A DNA stretch of 64,000 bases. Source: an uncultured virus (IMG/VR IMGVR_UViG_3300028393_000031) (lineage: Duplodnaviria > Heunggongvirae > Uroviricota > Caudoviricetes). The stretch lies in the IMG/VR virus record IMGVR_UViG_3300028393_000031. One strand, given 5' to 3'. Numbering within the stretch: the first letter of the stretch is position 1; the number at the start of each line of letters is the position of its first letter. The position numbers and the translations under genes are program-made. Below, piece by piece: positions 1 to 10,403 of this stretch. Below the pieces are notes generated by a model. The model made no database searches. It was not told the origin of the DNA and saw only the letters and a list, made by a program, of their open reading frames with translations.

Positions 1-2
1 AA

Positions 3-3000
3 ACTAGATTAGCAGAAGCAATTGTTCAAGCGTTACAAGCAGGCATACAGACTCGCACCAGTGCGGAAGATGCAGCACGGGCACAAGAAGCCAATGATGC
101 GCTGTTACGTCTGTCAAAGACTATCAGGCAAGCTTCAAAGGACACTGGATTTTTTAGTAGTGTAATTAAAAATCAAAAATTACCATATCGGGATATATCA
201 GATGAGTTAAAAAAACTAGACGAACAGATATCTAAAACTACTAAAAAAACTGAAAAAGATACTCTCATGTGGGAGAAATCCCAGATAGCTAAAGAAAATT
301 TTGAAGCTAATGCTAAAGCGGCAACCATTAACTTTACTATAGGATTGCAAAAAGCCAGTGCAGCGATAGGACAAATTGCCGCAGGTGGCGCTGGGACTTT
401 TGTAAAAAATCTACAAAGCGGTGCGTCTAGTATAGATGTAGCTGCTGGAATAATGACCGCTGGCGTTGATGTTGCTAACAGTGGACTACAAGCTGCGGCT
501 GGAGGTGCACAAGGCCTGGGCGAAGCCCTGATGCATGGCACAGGAAAAGCAAAACTATTTGGATTAGGGCTAATGGCAGCAGGGACTGCACTTAGTTTTT
601 TCAGCGAATCGGCAAGCAAACTAGCTAAATTTGGTATAGAAGTTCTGAGTGCAGAACTAAAAAAATCAGTAGAATCGTTTATGACAATGAGTGCCAGTGG
701 TGCTCTATTTGCCGACGGTGTACAAGGCATGCGTGATGCATCCTTAGCAGCTGGGTTAACAGTAAATCAATTTGCTAAAGTAGTACAAGAAAATTCAAGT
801 ACCCTAGCAGGTTCCGGATTGGGTGTATCTGGCGGCATTAAAAAAGTAGGTGCAGCACTAAAAGCTGGTGGCGACACAATGCAACGCAGCCTATTAAATT
901 TGGGATACAGTTTAGAAGATCAAGCTGGTTTAGTGGCAGAAACCATGAAAGATATGCGTCAGTCTGGTGGACCCTTAAAGGCCACAGACACGCAAATTGC
1001 AGCAGAAACACAAAAATATGCTGAAAATTTAAGAATAATATCTGCTATTACTGGCGAAGATGCAAAACAAAGAATGGCAAGAGTTAGAGATCAAGCCAGT
1101 CAACTTGGTTTCCAACAAAAACTAGCCGGCATGGATGAAAATCAGCGCAAGGGTGTTATTGGTGCGATGGGTAACATGAGTGAATTGGAGCGCAAAAACT
1201 TCATGGACATGGTCATGTTTGGCAGTGTTATTAACAAAGAAGGCGCAGCAGCGGCAGCAATGAGTCAAGGATTAACCGACAGTGTTACCTCCAGCTATAA
1301 AGCATTCCAAGCTGGTAAACTTGATGATGCTGAACAACGACGTATAAATGGGCAGTATACTGGCCAAATTAAAGATGACATGCTCAAGCAGTCGGATATT
1401 GGTATGGCAGGTATGGCAGGTATTGGTGGGTTTGTTACTGATTTATCTAAAGTAATGGGCGATGAGTTGAAATTCAGAAATTTATGGACTGCCGATGCAC
1501 AAAAATTGGCCGAACAAGGCACCAAAGGGCAAGAAACTACCAAAGACGAGTTAACTAATGATCTGATGAAAGCACTGCAAGCATCGCAAAAAATGGCACT
1601 AGATTTACAATCGGCCATGGATCCATTGATTAAAGGGTATGCGTCGGTAACCGCAGCAATGCTTGAAAGCATAAAAGAGACATTTGCTGAAATTGCCAAA
1701 GAGATACACGATAGAGGCAGTAGCACCGGTGCAGCATCCGCTGCAGGTGGGGGAAGTACGTTTGATAGAGTAAAAGCGGGCGCTCTTAGCGGCGCCGCCG
1801 ATGGCGCCGCATTTGGTGCTGAAACAGGTGCTGGCGTTGGCATGGTCGCCGGCGGTATAGCCGGAAGTGCTGTTGGTCCTGGCTTTGGTACAGTAATAGG
1901 CGCAGGCGCAGGTCTTTATAGCGGAGCAGCTACTGGAACCGTAATTGGCGGCATAATTGGCGGTATTGGCGGCGCAATTGAGGGATTTTTTAGTAAACCT
2001 AAAAATACCAGACTGGATGGAACAGGCAAACGTTACGGTGCCGCTGCTGAACCCAGTACCAAAATTTTATTAATACATGAAGGTGAGCGTGTATTAAATC
2101 GAGCTGAAACCGATGAATACAATAAAGGGCTTGCTACTCCTAGTAGTATTATATCAACAGCAAACGAGCAAGCTCAAACTCCATTTAAAGAGTTTTTTTC
2201 TAGCTTGTCTGCTGCTGGTACTTCTCTGCAGACCTTGTTATCAAGCGGAGCAAATAAGTTATCTGACATACTGAACAAAGATATTAACATTAAAGTTGAA
2301 TCAATGATGCCTCCGGGCTTTACTGATTTTGCACCACAACTTAAAACTATATTTGATCAAATGAATTCGGCAGAAATGTCTAGATCAAATAACGCAGAAG
2401 TTACAAAATTGGCAATTGATCAATTAACTACCATTGGTAAATCCATGGATCAACAGTCGTTGGGGCAAAATACTCAATTACAAGGCATAGTTAACCAATT
2501 ATTAGATGCTGTTAAGTTACCCAATGCACAGTTTGCAGATCAGTCAAGTCAAATAAAAACATCAATTGATCAATTAATTACTGCTGTTAAACTGCCTAAC
2601 GTACAGAATACTCAAGTAGCAGATCAAGCTGGTTTAATAAAAACTTCAATGGATCAATTGACTAGTGCTGTTAATTTACCCAATGCACAGTTTGCAAATC
2701 AAACCAGTGACATAAAAAGTTTAATCACTCAATTAATTGGATCTATTAGTACACCTAACGCACAATTTGCAGATCAAGCAGGACAAATAAAAACGTCAAT
2801 TGACCAATTGGCTACTGCCGTTAAATTACCCAACGGGCAAGATAAACAATTTGCAGATCAAGCTAGCCAAATAAAAACTTCAATTGATCAATTGATTGGT
2901 TCTGCAAATTTACCCACTGCACAAGTTGCGACTCAAGTTGGGCAAATAAAAACTTCAATTGATCAATTGATTGGTTCTGTTAAAGCACCTAATACACAAT

Positions 3001-3806
3001 TTACAGATCAAGCTGCACAATTAAAATCGTCGATTGATCAGATGTCTGGTGCTATTAAATTACCCACCGCACAGTTTGCAGATCAAGCTGCACAATTAAA
3101 ATCGTCGATTGATCAGATGTCTGGTGCTATTAAATTACCCACCGCACAGTTTGCAGATCAAACTGCACAATTAAAATCGTCAATTGATTCTTTTGGTAAT
3201 AATACAAAAGCAGATACTGCGCAATCTAACTCATTGATGTCACAAATGGAAACTACAATGGGGCAGTTACTTAACTTCAGTGGTACTGCAAGCAAACAAT
3301 CAACCGATCAAACTACACAATTTCAAACACTAACTGATAAGATGTTCAATTCGGCAATGTCAACTAATCAATTTGACTTGGGTTCAACGTCTATACAAAA
3401 AACATTTGATCAAATGTTAGCGTTAGGTGTATCAACAGATAAAAACACATCACAGTTATTATTAACAAATCAAGATTCTCCAAATCAAATTAATAAAAGT
3501 TTTGATAGTATATCAAAATCGTTAATAGTTGATAGCAATCAACAGTTAGATGGTGCTTTGTCTAGAATGATTGGGGAACTCAGGGATAAAAATGTTCAAG
3601 CAGAAAAAGCAACTCAAGTTCAACCAAAATCTCTAACCAACGAACCAATATCTGCTCCTATAGGGTCTGATCAGCAACAGTTACTTGAATTAGTAAGTAA
3701 ACAATTACTAGCAATGGAAACTAGTATAACAAAAACTGATAATTTAATAAATTTACTAACCGAAGGCAACAATAATACCCGACAGTTATTAAATGCAGCA
3801 TATTAA
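3..3806 (+). CDS. Tape-measure / baseplate-hub-like protein (5'-truncated)
   Basis: The frame is open from nt 3 (TRLAEAIVQALQ...), upstream of the listed Met at 267. It has a long Ala/Gly-rich helical region, a hydrophobic Gly-rich stretch, an 'IHEGERVL' motif typical of tape-measure C-terminal parts, 25-aa repeats, and lies next to the portal gene. Confidence 0.7.
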   Translation, partial: TRLAEAIVQALQAGIQTRTSAEDAARAQEANDALLRLSKTIRQASKDTGFFSSVIKNQKLPYRDISDELKKLDEQISKTTKKTEKDTLMWEKSQIAKENFEANAKAATINFTIGLQKASAAIGQIAAGGAGTFVKNLQSGASSIDVAAGIMTAGVDVANSGLQAAAGGAQGLGEALMHGTGKAKLFGLGLMAAGTALSFFSESASKLAKFGIEVLSAELKKSVESFMTMSASGALFADGVQGMRDASLAAGLTVNQFAKVVQENSSTLAGSGLGVSGGIKKVGAALKAGGDTMQRSLLNLGYSLEDQAGLVAETMKDMRQSGGPLKATDTQIAAETQKYAENLRIISAITGEDAKQRMARVRDQASQLGFQQKLAGMDENQRKGVIGAMGNMSELERKNFMDMVMFGSVINKEGAAAAAMSQGLTDSVTSSYKAFQAGKLDDAEQRRINGQYTGQIKDDMLKQSDIGMAGMAGIGGFVTDLSKVMGDELKFRNLWTADAQKLAEQGTKGQETTKDELTNDLMKALQASQKMALDLQSAMDPLIKGYASVTAAMLESIKETFAEIAKEIHDRGSSTGAASAAGGGSTFDRVKAGALSGAADGAAFGAETGAGVGMVAGGIAGSAVGPGFGTVIGAGAGLYSGAATGTVIGGIIGGIGGAIEGFFSKPKNTRLDGTGKRYGAAAEPSTKILLIHEGERVLNRAETDEYNKGLATPSSIISTANEQAQTPFKEFFSSLSAAGTSLQTLLSSGANKLSDILNKDINIKVESMMPPGFTDFAPQLKTIFDQMNSAEMSRSNNAEVTKLAIDQLTTIGKSMDQQSLGQNTQLQGIVNQLLDAVKLPNAQFADQSSQIKTSIDQLITAVKLPNVQNTQVADQAGLIKTSMDQLTSAVNLPNAQFANQTSDIKSLITQLIGSISTPNAQFADQAGQIKTSIDQLATAVKLPNGQDKQFADQASQIKTSIDQLIGSANLPTAQVATQVGQIKTSIDQLIGSVKAPNTQFTDQAAQLKSSIDQMSGAIKLPTAQFADQAAQLKSSIDQMSGAIKLPTAQFADQTAQLKSSIDSFGNNTKADTAQSNSLMSQMETTMGQLLNFSGTASKQSTDQTTQFQTLTDKMFNSAMSTNQFDLGSTSIQKTFDQMLALGVSTDKNTSQLLLTNQDSPNQINKSFDSISKSLIVDSNQQLDGALSRMIGELRDKNVQAEKATQVQPKSLTNEPISAPIGSDQQQLLELVSKQLLAMETSITKTDNLINLLTEGNNNTRQLLNAAY
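2500..3190 (+). repeat. Coding tandem repeat, ~75 bp / 25 aa (DQAAQLKSSIDQMSGAIKLPTAQFA)
   Basis: Identical 75-bp units start at 3004 and 3079, with degenerate copies on either side. Confidence 0.9.
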
Positions 3807-3829
3807 AACATAACGCTATATCATTAGTA

Positions 3830-3836
3830 ATAAATA
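3830..3836 (+). promoter_or_regulatory. T4-like late promoter (ATAAATA) for portal
   Basis: Matches the core of the T4 late promoter TATAAATA and recurs in most intergenic gaps. Confidence 0.65.
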
Positions 3837-3861
3837 TAGTTAATAGAGAGATTCATTTAAA

Positions 3862-5601
3862 ATGTCTTGGAAAAAATACTTTAAATCGCCAAACCCAGCA
3901 ATGCTTAGTCCTGTGCCATTGCAATCTGGGAATACCCCTTCATACAGGAATTATCAAAGTAATTTACCAGAGGTATATGTTGGGCATCCAAACCGTCTTG
4001 AAAGATACAATCAATACGAACAAATGGACCAAGACTCGGAAGTAAACGCTGCATTGGACATTTTAGCTGAATTCAGTAGCCAACCTGATGCAACCACTGG
4101 ATTACCTTTTAAATTAAATTATAAAGAAAAACCAACAGATAATGAAGTTGACATCATTAAAGAGCAATTACAACAATGGGTATCATTGAACGAATTTAAT
4201 AGAAGAATATTTAAAATTGTCAGAAATACTTTAAAATACGGCGATCAAGTATTTGTGCGTGACCCAGAAACATTTGAGCTCATGTGGGTAGAAATGGGTA
4301 AAGTAGTTAAGGTTATTGTAAACGAAACGCAAGGCAAAGAACCTGAACAATATATTTTAAAAGATATTCAGCCCAATTTTCAAAATTTAACTGTGACTGC
4401 GGTAAGCACATCCGATGTATATTCAAACCATCCGCAAGTAGGCGGAGCAAACGGTTCTTATATACAACCTGCTGCACCTTATACCGGCGGTAGCAGATTC
4501 CAAAAAGCACAAAACGAATCTGCAATAAATGCAGAACATATAGTACATTTAAGTTTAACTGAAGGGCTCGATGTCAATTGGCCTTTTGGTAATAGCGTAT
4601 TAGAAAACATTTTCAAAGTGTTCAAACAAAAAGAACTTATTGAAGATGCTATTATCATTTATCGTGTGCAACGTGCGCCAGAACGCAGGGCATTTTATGT
4701 AGACGTTGGTAATATGCCGAGTCATATGGCTATGGCCTTTGTTGAGCGTGTTAAAAACGAAATTCAACAACGTAGAATTCCTAGTCAGACTGGCGGCGGC
4801 GCCAATATGATGGATGCTACATACAATCCCATATCCACTAACGAAGACTTTTTCTTTCCGCAAACAGCCGAAGGACGTGGCAGCAAAGTTGAAGTGTTGC
4901 AAGGTGGACAAAATTTGGGCGAAATTACGGACTTGCGTTTCTTTACTAACAAGTTATTCCGTGGCTTGCGTATTCCCAGCAGCTATTTACCAACTGGTGC
5001 AGATGACGGAACAGCGTCAATTACCGACGGCAGAGTAGGCACTGCTTTAATTCAAGAGTGGCGTTTTAATCGTTATTGTGTTAGATTACAAAACATGATT
5101 GTTGGTAAACTAGACACCGAATTTAAGATGTTTATGCGTTGGAGAGGTATTAATATAGACAGTCAATTGTTTACATTAGACCTCAATGAACCGCAGAATT
5201 TTGCACAATATCGTCAAACAGAAGTCGATGCAGCACGTATTAATACATATACGCAGCTAGAGCAATATCCGTATTTCTCTAAGAGATTCTTAATGAAACG
5301 TTATTTGGGACTAAACGAACAAGAGATGAGCGAAAACGAAGAAGCTTGGCTTGAAGAGCAAGGGGAAACAAAAACTGCCGGTGATGCGAACGATGTTGGT
5401 TTACGTAGCGTAGGCATCACACCAGGTGCAATCAGCGGAGATATGACCAATGCCGAAGCATTGCCTGGATTGGATGGCAGTATGCCAGGCGGCGACCTGG
5501 GCATGCCTGGTGCTATGCCCGGTGCTGCCGGAGTGGGTGCAGGTGGTGGTGCAACCCCAATGGGAGGCGGTGCAAATGCCCCAATGCCAGGTGTGGTATA
5601 A
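3862..5601 (+). CDS. gp20: Portal (head vertex) protein, T4 gp20-like
   Basis: Motifs 'IEDAIIIYRVQRAPERRAFYVDVGNMP', 'EDFFFPQTAEGRGSKVEVLQGGQNLGEITDLRFF' and 'GLRIPSSYL'. Confidence 0.96.
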   Translation: MSWKKYFKSPNPAMLSPVPLQSGNTPSYRNYQSNLPEVYVGHPNRLERYNQYEQMDQDSEVNAALDILAEFSSQPDATTGLPFKLNYKEKPTDNEVDIIKEQLQQWVSLNEFNRRIFKIVRNTLKYGDQVFVRDPETFELMWVEMGKVVKVIVNETQGKEPEQYILKDIQPNFQNLTVTAVSTSDVYSNHPQVGGANGSYIQPAAPYTGGSRFQKAQNESAINAEHIVHLSLTEGLDVNWPFGNSVLENIFKVFKQKELIEDAIIIYRVQRAPERRAFYVDVGNMPSHMAMAFVERVKNEIQQRRIPSQTGGGANMMDATYNPISTNEDFFFPQTAEGRGSKVEVLQGGQNLGEITDLRFFTNKLFRGLRIPSSYLPTGADDGTASITDGRVGTALIQEWRFNRYCVRLQNMIVGKLDTEFKMFMRWRGINIDSQLFTLDLNEPQNFAQYRQTEVDAARINTYTQLEQYPYFSKRFLMKRYLGLNEQEMSENEEAWLEEQGETKTAGDANDVGLRSVGITPGAISGDMTNAEALPGLDGSMPGGDLGMPGAMPGAAGVGAGGGATPMGGGANAPMPGVV

Positions 5602-5615
5602 TTTTTAATTTGTTT

Positions 5616-5623
5616 GATAAATA
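5616..5623 (+). promoter_or_regulatory. Late promoter GATAAATA, 6 nt before ATG 5630
   Basis: Motif match; no Shine-Dalgarno (SD) sequence between the motif and the ATG. Confidence 0.65.
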
Positions 5624-5629
5624 TCATAT

Positions 5630-5860
5630 ATGTTTATAACCGAATTTTTTAGTACTAATTCAGCTGAAGGCTACAGCTCTGAAAATGACGACCAATCTGT
5701 TAAAAAAATGACAGATTCTCGTAAAAGCCGATTAACTCTACTACAAATTAAACGCCTGAGAGTTATGAATGACCTACGTACATTTGAACGTCAACAAGAA
5801 GTTGAAGACGTAGCAAAGCAGTACAAGCCCCCAGCAGCAGCTGGAATGCCTGGTCTTTAA
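5630..5860 (+). CDS. Small head-module protein
   Basis: 76-aa ORF between portal and core genes, with its own late promoter. Confidence 0.75.
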   Translation: MFITEFFSTNSAEGYSSENDDQSVKKMTDSRKSRLTLLQIKRLRVMNDLRTFERQQEVEDVAKQYKPPAAAGMPGL

Positions 5861-5971
5861 TTTAAAAACCGTCAAAAAACCGCCATTTAACGCATAATAT
5901 TACGATATTATGTAAATATCATTAAGCGACCACATAATGTGGTTAACTCACATAATTACAAGGAGCCTCCT

Positions 5972-6916
5972 ATGAACCAATTTGAAAAGCTAATTGAATA
6001 TATCATCAATGAGCAAGAAGACAAAGCACGTGAACTTTTTCACCAAATCGTTGTTGAAAAATCAAGATCAATTTATGAAAATCTAATCGATGAAGTTAGC
6101 CCACATGGCGAATCAAACGGTGTAGACGATCTAGTAGACGAAATTTCCAATGATCATCTTGGCATGAGCGAAGAACAGGAAGAAGAAGAAGGCGAAATGG
6201 AAATGCCATCGTCAGATTCCGATGAAGAAAACCCATTTGGCGACGAAGAAGGCGGCGAAGAAGGCAAAGAAGAAAACCCATTTGGCGACGAAGAAGGCGG
6301 CGAAGAAGGCGAAGAAGATTTGTCCAACCGTGTTATGGGCCTAGAAGCAGAATTAGACGAATTGCAAGCAAAGTTTGATAAAATCATTGCTGGCGAAGAA
6401 AATGAGGAAGACGGCGAGCCAGGTGTACATGGTGATGTAAGTATACACAGCATGCATGGTGAAGCACCGGGAATGGATGATTCGGAATTGATGGAATATG
6501 TTATTCCAGTTAAAGACGGTCATGGCGCTGAAAAAAAGGGCGGATCTGAAGGCAAACTAATTGGCAGCAGTGGTGGTAGTACCTCTGTTAATTCTAAAAG
6601 CCTAAATCAACCTAAGAACAACATGGGCGGAACTAACAAAAATATTGCCCAAGGTGGATCGGAAGCGGCGCCCGAAGGTAAGGCTTATACCAAACCAAAC
6701 AATGCATATAGCAAAGGTGCTACAGAAAATGACATCGCTAAACGCAATGTTAATGTTCCTGGCGGCAATGGTGCTAACAAGTTCTTTAACAAGAATGAAA
6801 CCAGCTATGAAAAGAATCATGGCAAAGAAGGACAAACTACCGATGGTTCAGTTCCGGTTGCTAAAGGCAGCGTAGTAGCTGAGTCACGTAAAGTAGCACG
6901 TAAAACCACTCGTTAA
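5972..6916 (+). CDS. Acidic prohead core / internal protein (positional analogue of T4 gp67/gp68)
   Basis: AGGAG SD at 5961 favours ATG 5972. Very E/D-rich, with a 45-bp duplication (6224/6269, EENPFGDEEGGEEG). Promoter TAAATA at 5913. Confidence 0.7.
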   Translation: MNQFEKLIEYIINEQEDKARELFHQIVVEKSRSIYENLIDEVSPHGESNGVDDLVDEISNDHLGMSEEQEEEEGEMEMPSSDSDEENPFGDEEGGEEGKEENPFGDEEGGEEGEEDLSNRVMGLEAELDELQAKFDKIIAGEENEEDGEPGVHGDVSIHSMHGEAPGMDDSELMEYVIPVKDGHGAEKKGGSEGKLIGSSGGSTSVNSKSLNQPKNNMGGTNKNIAQGGSEAAPEGKAYTKPNNAYSKGATENDIAKRNVNVPGGNGANKFFNKNETSYEKNHGKEGQTTDGSVPVAKGSVVAESRKVARKTTR

Positions 6917-6925
6917 TTAGTTATA

Positions 6926-7561
6926 ATGGCTTATTTAAAAGAAAATCTTACCTTTGACCGTGCTGGCATGGAAGTCCTCTACGAGGATAGCAAGTCTGGC
7001 TCAGTCAAAGAGTGCTACATGAAAGGTATTTTCATTGAAGGCGGCGTAAGAAATCTAAACGAGCGTATTTACCCTGTTAATGAAATTACCAAAGCAGTGT
7101 CAGAGATTAATGAGCAAATCAAAGGTGGCTACAGCGTCCTAGGCGAAGTAGATCACCCAGATGATTTAAAAATTAATTTGGACCGTGTCAGCCACATGAT
7201 TGAACAAATGTGGATGGATGGTCCTGCAGGCTGCGGCAAGTTAAAGATTCTACCAACACCTATGGGACAGTTAGTCCGAACCATGTTAGAAAGTGGTGTT
7301 AAATTAGGTGTTTCAAGCCGCGGTAGCGGTAACGTCAGCGAAGGCACTGGGCACGTCAGTGAATTCGAGATAGTCACAGTTGACATTGTAGCACAACCTA
7401 GTGCGCCACATGCATATCCAACAGCCATCTATGAAGGTTTGTTTAATATGAAACATGGGCACAAGGCGCTAGAAATAGCTCGTGATGCTCAGGGCGACAA
7501 AAAAGTGCAAAAGTATTTGAAAGAGCAGGTAACTCGCTTGATCAATGACTTAAAATTATAG
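6926..7561 (+). CDS. gp21: Prohead core protease, T4 gp21-like
   Basis: Motifs 'LGEVDHP', 'RVSH', 'LGVSSRGSG' and 'VDIVAQPSAPHAY'. Confidence 0.95.
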   Translation: MAYLKENLTFDRAGMEVLYEDSKSGSVKECYMKGIFIEGGVRNLNERIYPVNEITKAVSEINEQIKGGYSVLGEVDHPDDLKINLDRVSHMIEQMWMDGPAGCGKLKILPTPMGQLVRTMLESGVKLGVSSRGSGNVSEGTGHVSEFEIVTVDIVAQPSAPHAYPTAIYEGLFNMKHGHKALEIARDAQGDKKVQKYLKEQVTRLINDLKL

Positions 7562-7573
7562 GAGAAAGCTATT

Positions 7574-8668
7574 ATGTTTGATGCTATCAAACCATTATTA
7601 GATAGTGGCATTGTTAACGAGGAAACTCGTACAGCTATCAGTGAAGCTTGGGAAACCAAGTTAAATGAAGCTCGTGAAAGTATTCGCGCCGAATTGCGCG
7701 AAGAAATGGCTAGTCGCTACAATCATGACAAACAAGTAATGGTAGAAGCCCTAGACAAAATGGTTACTGAAAGTCTCGCTAAAGAAATTGAAGAATTTGT
7801 TGGCGAAAAACAAGCTGTAGTAGAAGATCGTGTGCGTGTTAAAAACCACATGATGGAAAGTGCTGGCAGATTCAATAATTTCATGGCTACTAAACTAGCT
7901 GAAGAAATTAAAGAGTTGCACAAAGACCGCAAAATTCAAACTGAAAACTATCGTCGTCTAGAACAATTCATTGTTCGCTCATTGGCGGGAGAAATTAGAG
8001 AATTTGCGCAAGACAAACAAGCCGTAATTGAAACTAAAGTTAAACTAGTTGCAGAAGCTAGAGAAAAAATTAGCGAATTACAAAAACGTTTCATTGCTAG
8101 CAGCGCACAACTTGTTAAAGAATCAGTGACTACAAAACTAGGTGCTGAACTATCACAACTCAAAGAAGACATTCAACTTGCTCGTGAGAACATGTTTGGC
8201 CGTCGTATATTCGAAGCTTTTGCTGGTGAATTTTCATTGACTCATCTTAATGAAAATCGCGAATTGCAAAAACTAAAACAAGTTATTAATCAACAACAAG
8301 CACAAATCAATGAGGCTTCTAAAGCCGCAGTTGATACACGTCAGCTTGTTGAATCGAAAGATCGCGAAATTCGCGTGATTACTGAGAGTATTAATCGTAA
8401 GGAAGTAATTTCTGGATTATTGGGTACTCTTACCCGCGAGAAGCAAGTGGTAATGCGCGAACTTCTTGAAAACGTGCAGACTGATAAATTAAAGTCGGCA
8501 TTTGATAAGTATCTTCCAGCAGTACTAACATCAAGTTCTACAAAAGAGAAGTCTACGACTACTCTAAATGAAGGACATGTTGCAGTAACTGGAGATAAGA
8601 CTGCTAAAGTGACAACTCAATCCAACACTAATGTTGTTGAGTTACGTCGATTAGCAGGGTTAAAATAA
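7574..8668 (+). CDS. gp22: Prohead scaffolding protein, T4 gp22-like
   Basis: Coiled-coil, E/K-rich protein between protease and capsid genes; SD AGGAG. Confidence 0.8.
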   Translation: MFDAIKPLLDSGIVNEETRTAISEAWETKLNEARESIRAELREEMASRYNHDKQVMVEALDKMVTESLAKEIEEFVGEKQAVVEDRVRVKNHMMESAGRFNNFMATKLAEEIKELHKDRKIQTENYRRLEQFIVRSLAGEIREFAQDKQAVIETKVKLVAEAREKISELQKRFIASSAQLVKESVTTKLGAELSQLKEDIQLARENMFGRRIFEAFAGEFSLTHLNENRELQKLKQVINQQQAQINEASKAAVDTRQLVESKDREIRVITESINRKEVISGLLGTLTREKQVVMRELLENVQTDKLKSAFDKYLPAVLTSSSTKEKSTTTLNEGHVAVTGDKTAKVTTQSNTNVVELRRLAGLK

Positions 8669-8694
8669 TATAGTTAAACCTTAAAGGAAAGAAA

Positions 8695-9864
8695 ATGACA
8701 CAAGAACTATTAGAAGGCCGTTGGGGCGAAACTAAAGATGCCCTGCTAGAAGGTCTACAAGGATCACGCCGCACAACAATGAGTATTATCCTAGAAAATA
8801 CTCGCAGAAATCTAGCTGAGACAGCAAGCACCGGTGCAACAACATCTGGAAATATGTCTACACTTAACCGTGTAATTCTTCCAGTTATTCGTCGTGTAAT
8901 GCCTACCGTTATTGCTAACGAAATTGTTGGTGTACAACCAATGACCGGACCTGTTGCACAGATCCACACTTTACGTGTTCGTTATGCTGATAATGTTTCC
9001 GCAGGAAACGATGGCGCTAGCGTTGGTGACGAAGCACTAAGCCCATTCAAAATTGCTACAGCATATTCTGGTAACCCAGCAACATCAAGAGCATATTCAA
9101 CAAGTGCATTAGAAGGTGTACCAGGAAATCGTATCAATGTTCAAATCTTGAAGCAAGTAGTTGAGGCTCGTACTCGTAAGCTATCTGCTCGTTGGACATT
9201 TGAAGCTGCTCAAGACGCACAAGCTATGCACGGTTTGGATGTTGAAGCAGAAATCATGGCTGCTCTAGCACAAGAAATTACAGTTGAAATTGACCAGGAA
9301 GTTTTAGCATCATTGCGCTCACTAGCCGCAACTGAATTCTATTACAATCAGGCCGCTGTATCTGGAACCGCAACATTCGTTGGTGACGAGCATGCTGCTC
9401 TAGCTGTTTTAATTAACCGCGCAGCTAACTCAATTGCACAACGTACACGTCGTGGCGCTGCAAACTGGGCTGTTGTTTCATCTGCTGCACTAACTGTGCT
9501 ACAGTCTGCTACAACTAGTGCTTTTGCTCGTACTACAGAAGGTACATTTGAAGCACCTACAAACACTAAGTTTGTTGGTACATTGAATGGCGCAATGCGT
9601 ATTTTCGTTGACAGCTATGCTGACGACCAAAAGCCAGTTTTAGTTGGATACAAAGGTTCCAGCGAAGCTGACGCAGCAGCATTCTATTGCCCATATGTTC
9701 CATTGATGAGCAGTGGTGTTGTTCTAGATCCACAAACGTTTGAGCCAGTAGTTGGTTTCATGACACGTTATGGATATGTTGAATTAACAAATACAGCAAG
9801 TTCTTTAGGCAACGCAGGTGACTACGTTTCTGAGATCGCTGTACAAAATCTATCGTTCCAATAA
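8695..9864 (+). CDS. gp23: Major capsid protein, T4 gp23-like
   Basis: Motifs 'VGVQPMTGP', 'RKLSARWTFEAAQD', 'EITVEID', 'AAFYCPYVPL' and 'FMTRYG'. Confidence 0.97.
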   Translation: MTQELLEGRWGETKDALLEGLQGSRRTTMSIILENTRRNLAETASTGATTSGNMSTLNRVILPVIRRVMPTVIANEIVGVQPMTGPVAQIHTLRVRYADNVSAGNDGASVGDEALSPFKIATAYSGNPATSRAYSTSALEGVPGNRINVQILKQVVEARTRKLSARWTFEAAQDAQAMHGLDVEAEIMAALAQEITVEIDQEVLASLRSLAATEFYYNQAAVSGTATFVGDEHAALAVLINRAANSIAQRTRRGAANWAVVSSAALTVLQSATTSAFARTTEGTFEAPTNTKFVGTLNGAMRIFVDSYADDQKPVLVGYKGSSEADAAAFYCPYVPLMSSGVVLDPQTFEPVVGFMTRYGYVELTNTASSLGNAGDYVSEIAVQNLSFQ

Positions 9865-9907
9865 AAACGGAACCAAACTTTTTACCCTTGGGATGGGAAG
9901 TTACATT

Positions 9908-9930
9908 AAAGGCTCTTTGGAGCCTTTTTT
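9908..9930 (+). terminator. Rho-independent terminator
   Basis: AAAGGCTC-TTTG-GAGCCTTT followed by a T run. Confidence 0.85.
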
Positions 9931-9996
9931 GTTGGCTAATCAATAATAAATTATCAAGTTTTGATAAATATTATTACTAAATTATAAGGAGCCATT

Positions 9997-10383
9997 ATGG
10001 CAAATCTAACCGGAACAGACTTAGCAGTTAATTATCAGAAAACACAACCAACAACAACTATGGGAACTCGCAATCTAGCGTTTTTTCAAGTTGATATGCA
10101 GCAAGATGTAGAAACCAACTATCTATTACCAAATAGTTTGTACTCAAAAGCTATTAGAGGATTGCAACAAAGCATTGAATTGTACGGAATTGGTAAGCCA
10201 GATAATCATTGGTTTACAGTTATTGCCAGTGCAGAAACAGCACCGTTTCCCTCAAACCGTGCAGCAGCCGATCAGCAACGTAACAGTCTACTAGAAGATG
10301 CAATTAATGCAACAACTGGTCTAACTAGTGTTCGTGTTTGGGACGGCGAGTTAGTTGGCTACAGTATTGTTAACGACTGTTAA
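9997..10383 (+). CDS. Hypothetical (possibly virion) protein
   Basis: Promoter GATAAATA at 9963, SD AAGGAG, and its own terminator. Confidence 0.8.
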   Translation: MANLTGTDLAVNYQKTQPTTTMGTRNLAFFQVDMQQDVETNYLLPNSLYSKAIRGLQQSIELYGIGKPDNHWFTVIASAETAPFPSNRAAADQQRNSLLEDAINATTGLTSVRVWDGELVGYSIVNDC

Positions 10384-10403
10384 TCAGTAGTTATTTAAAA
10401 ATC

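Noticed and set aside
3862..9864. Inteins, introns or homing endonucleases in head genes
   Set aside because: The genes are continuous, with no splice-junction or endonuclease motifs noticed. The inserts in fibre genes also lack evident intein termini.
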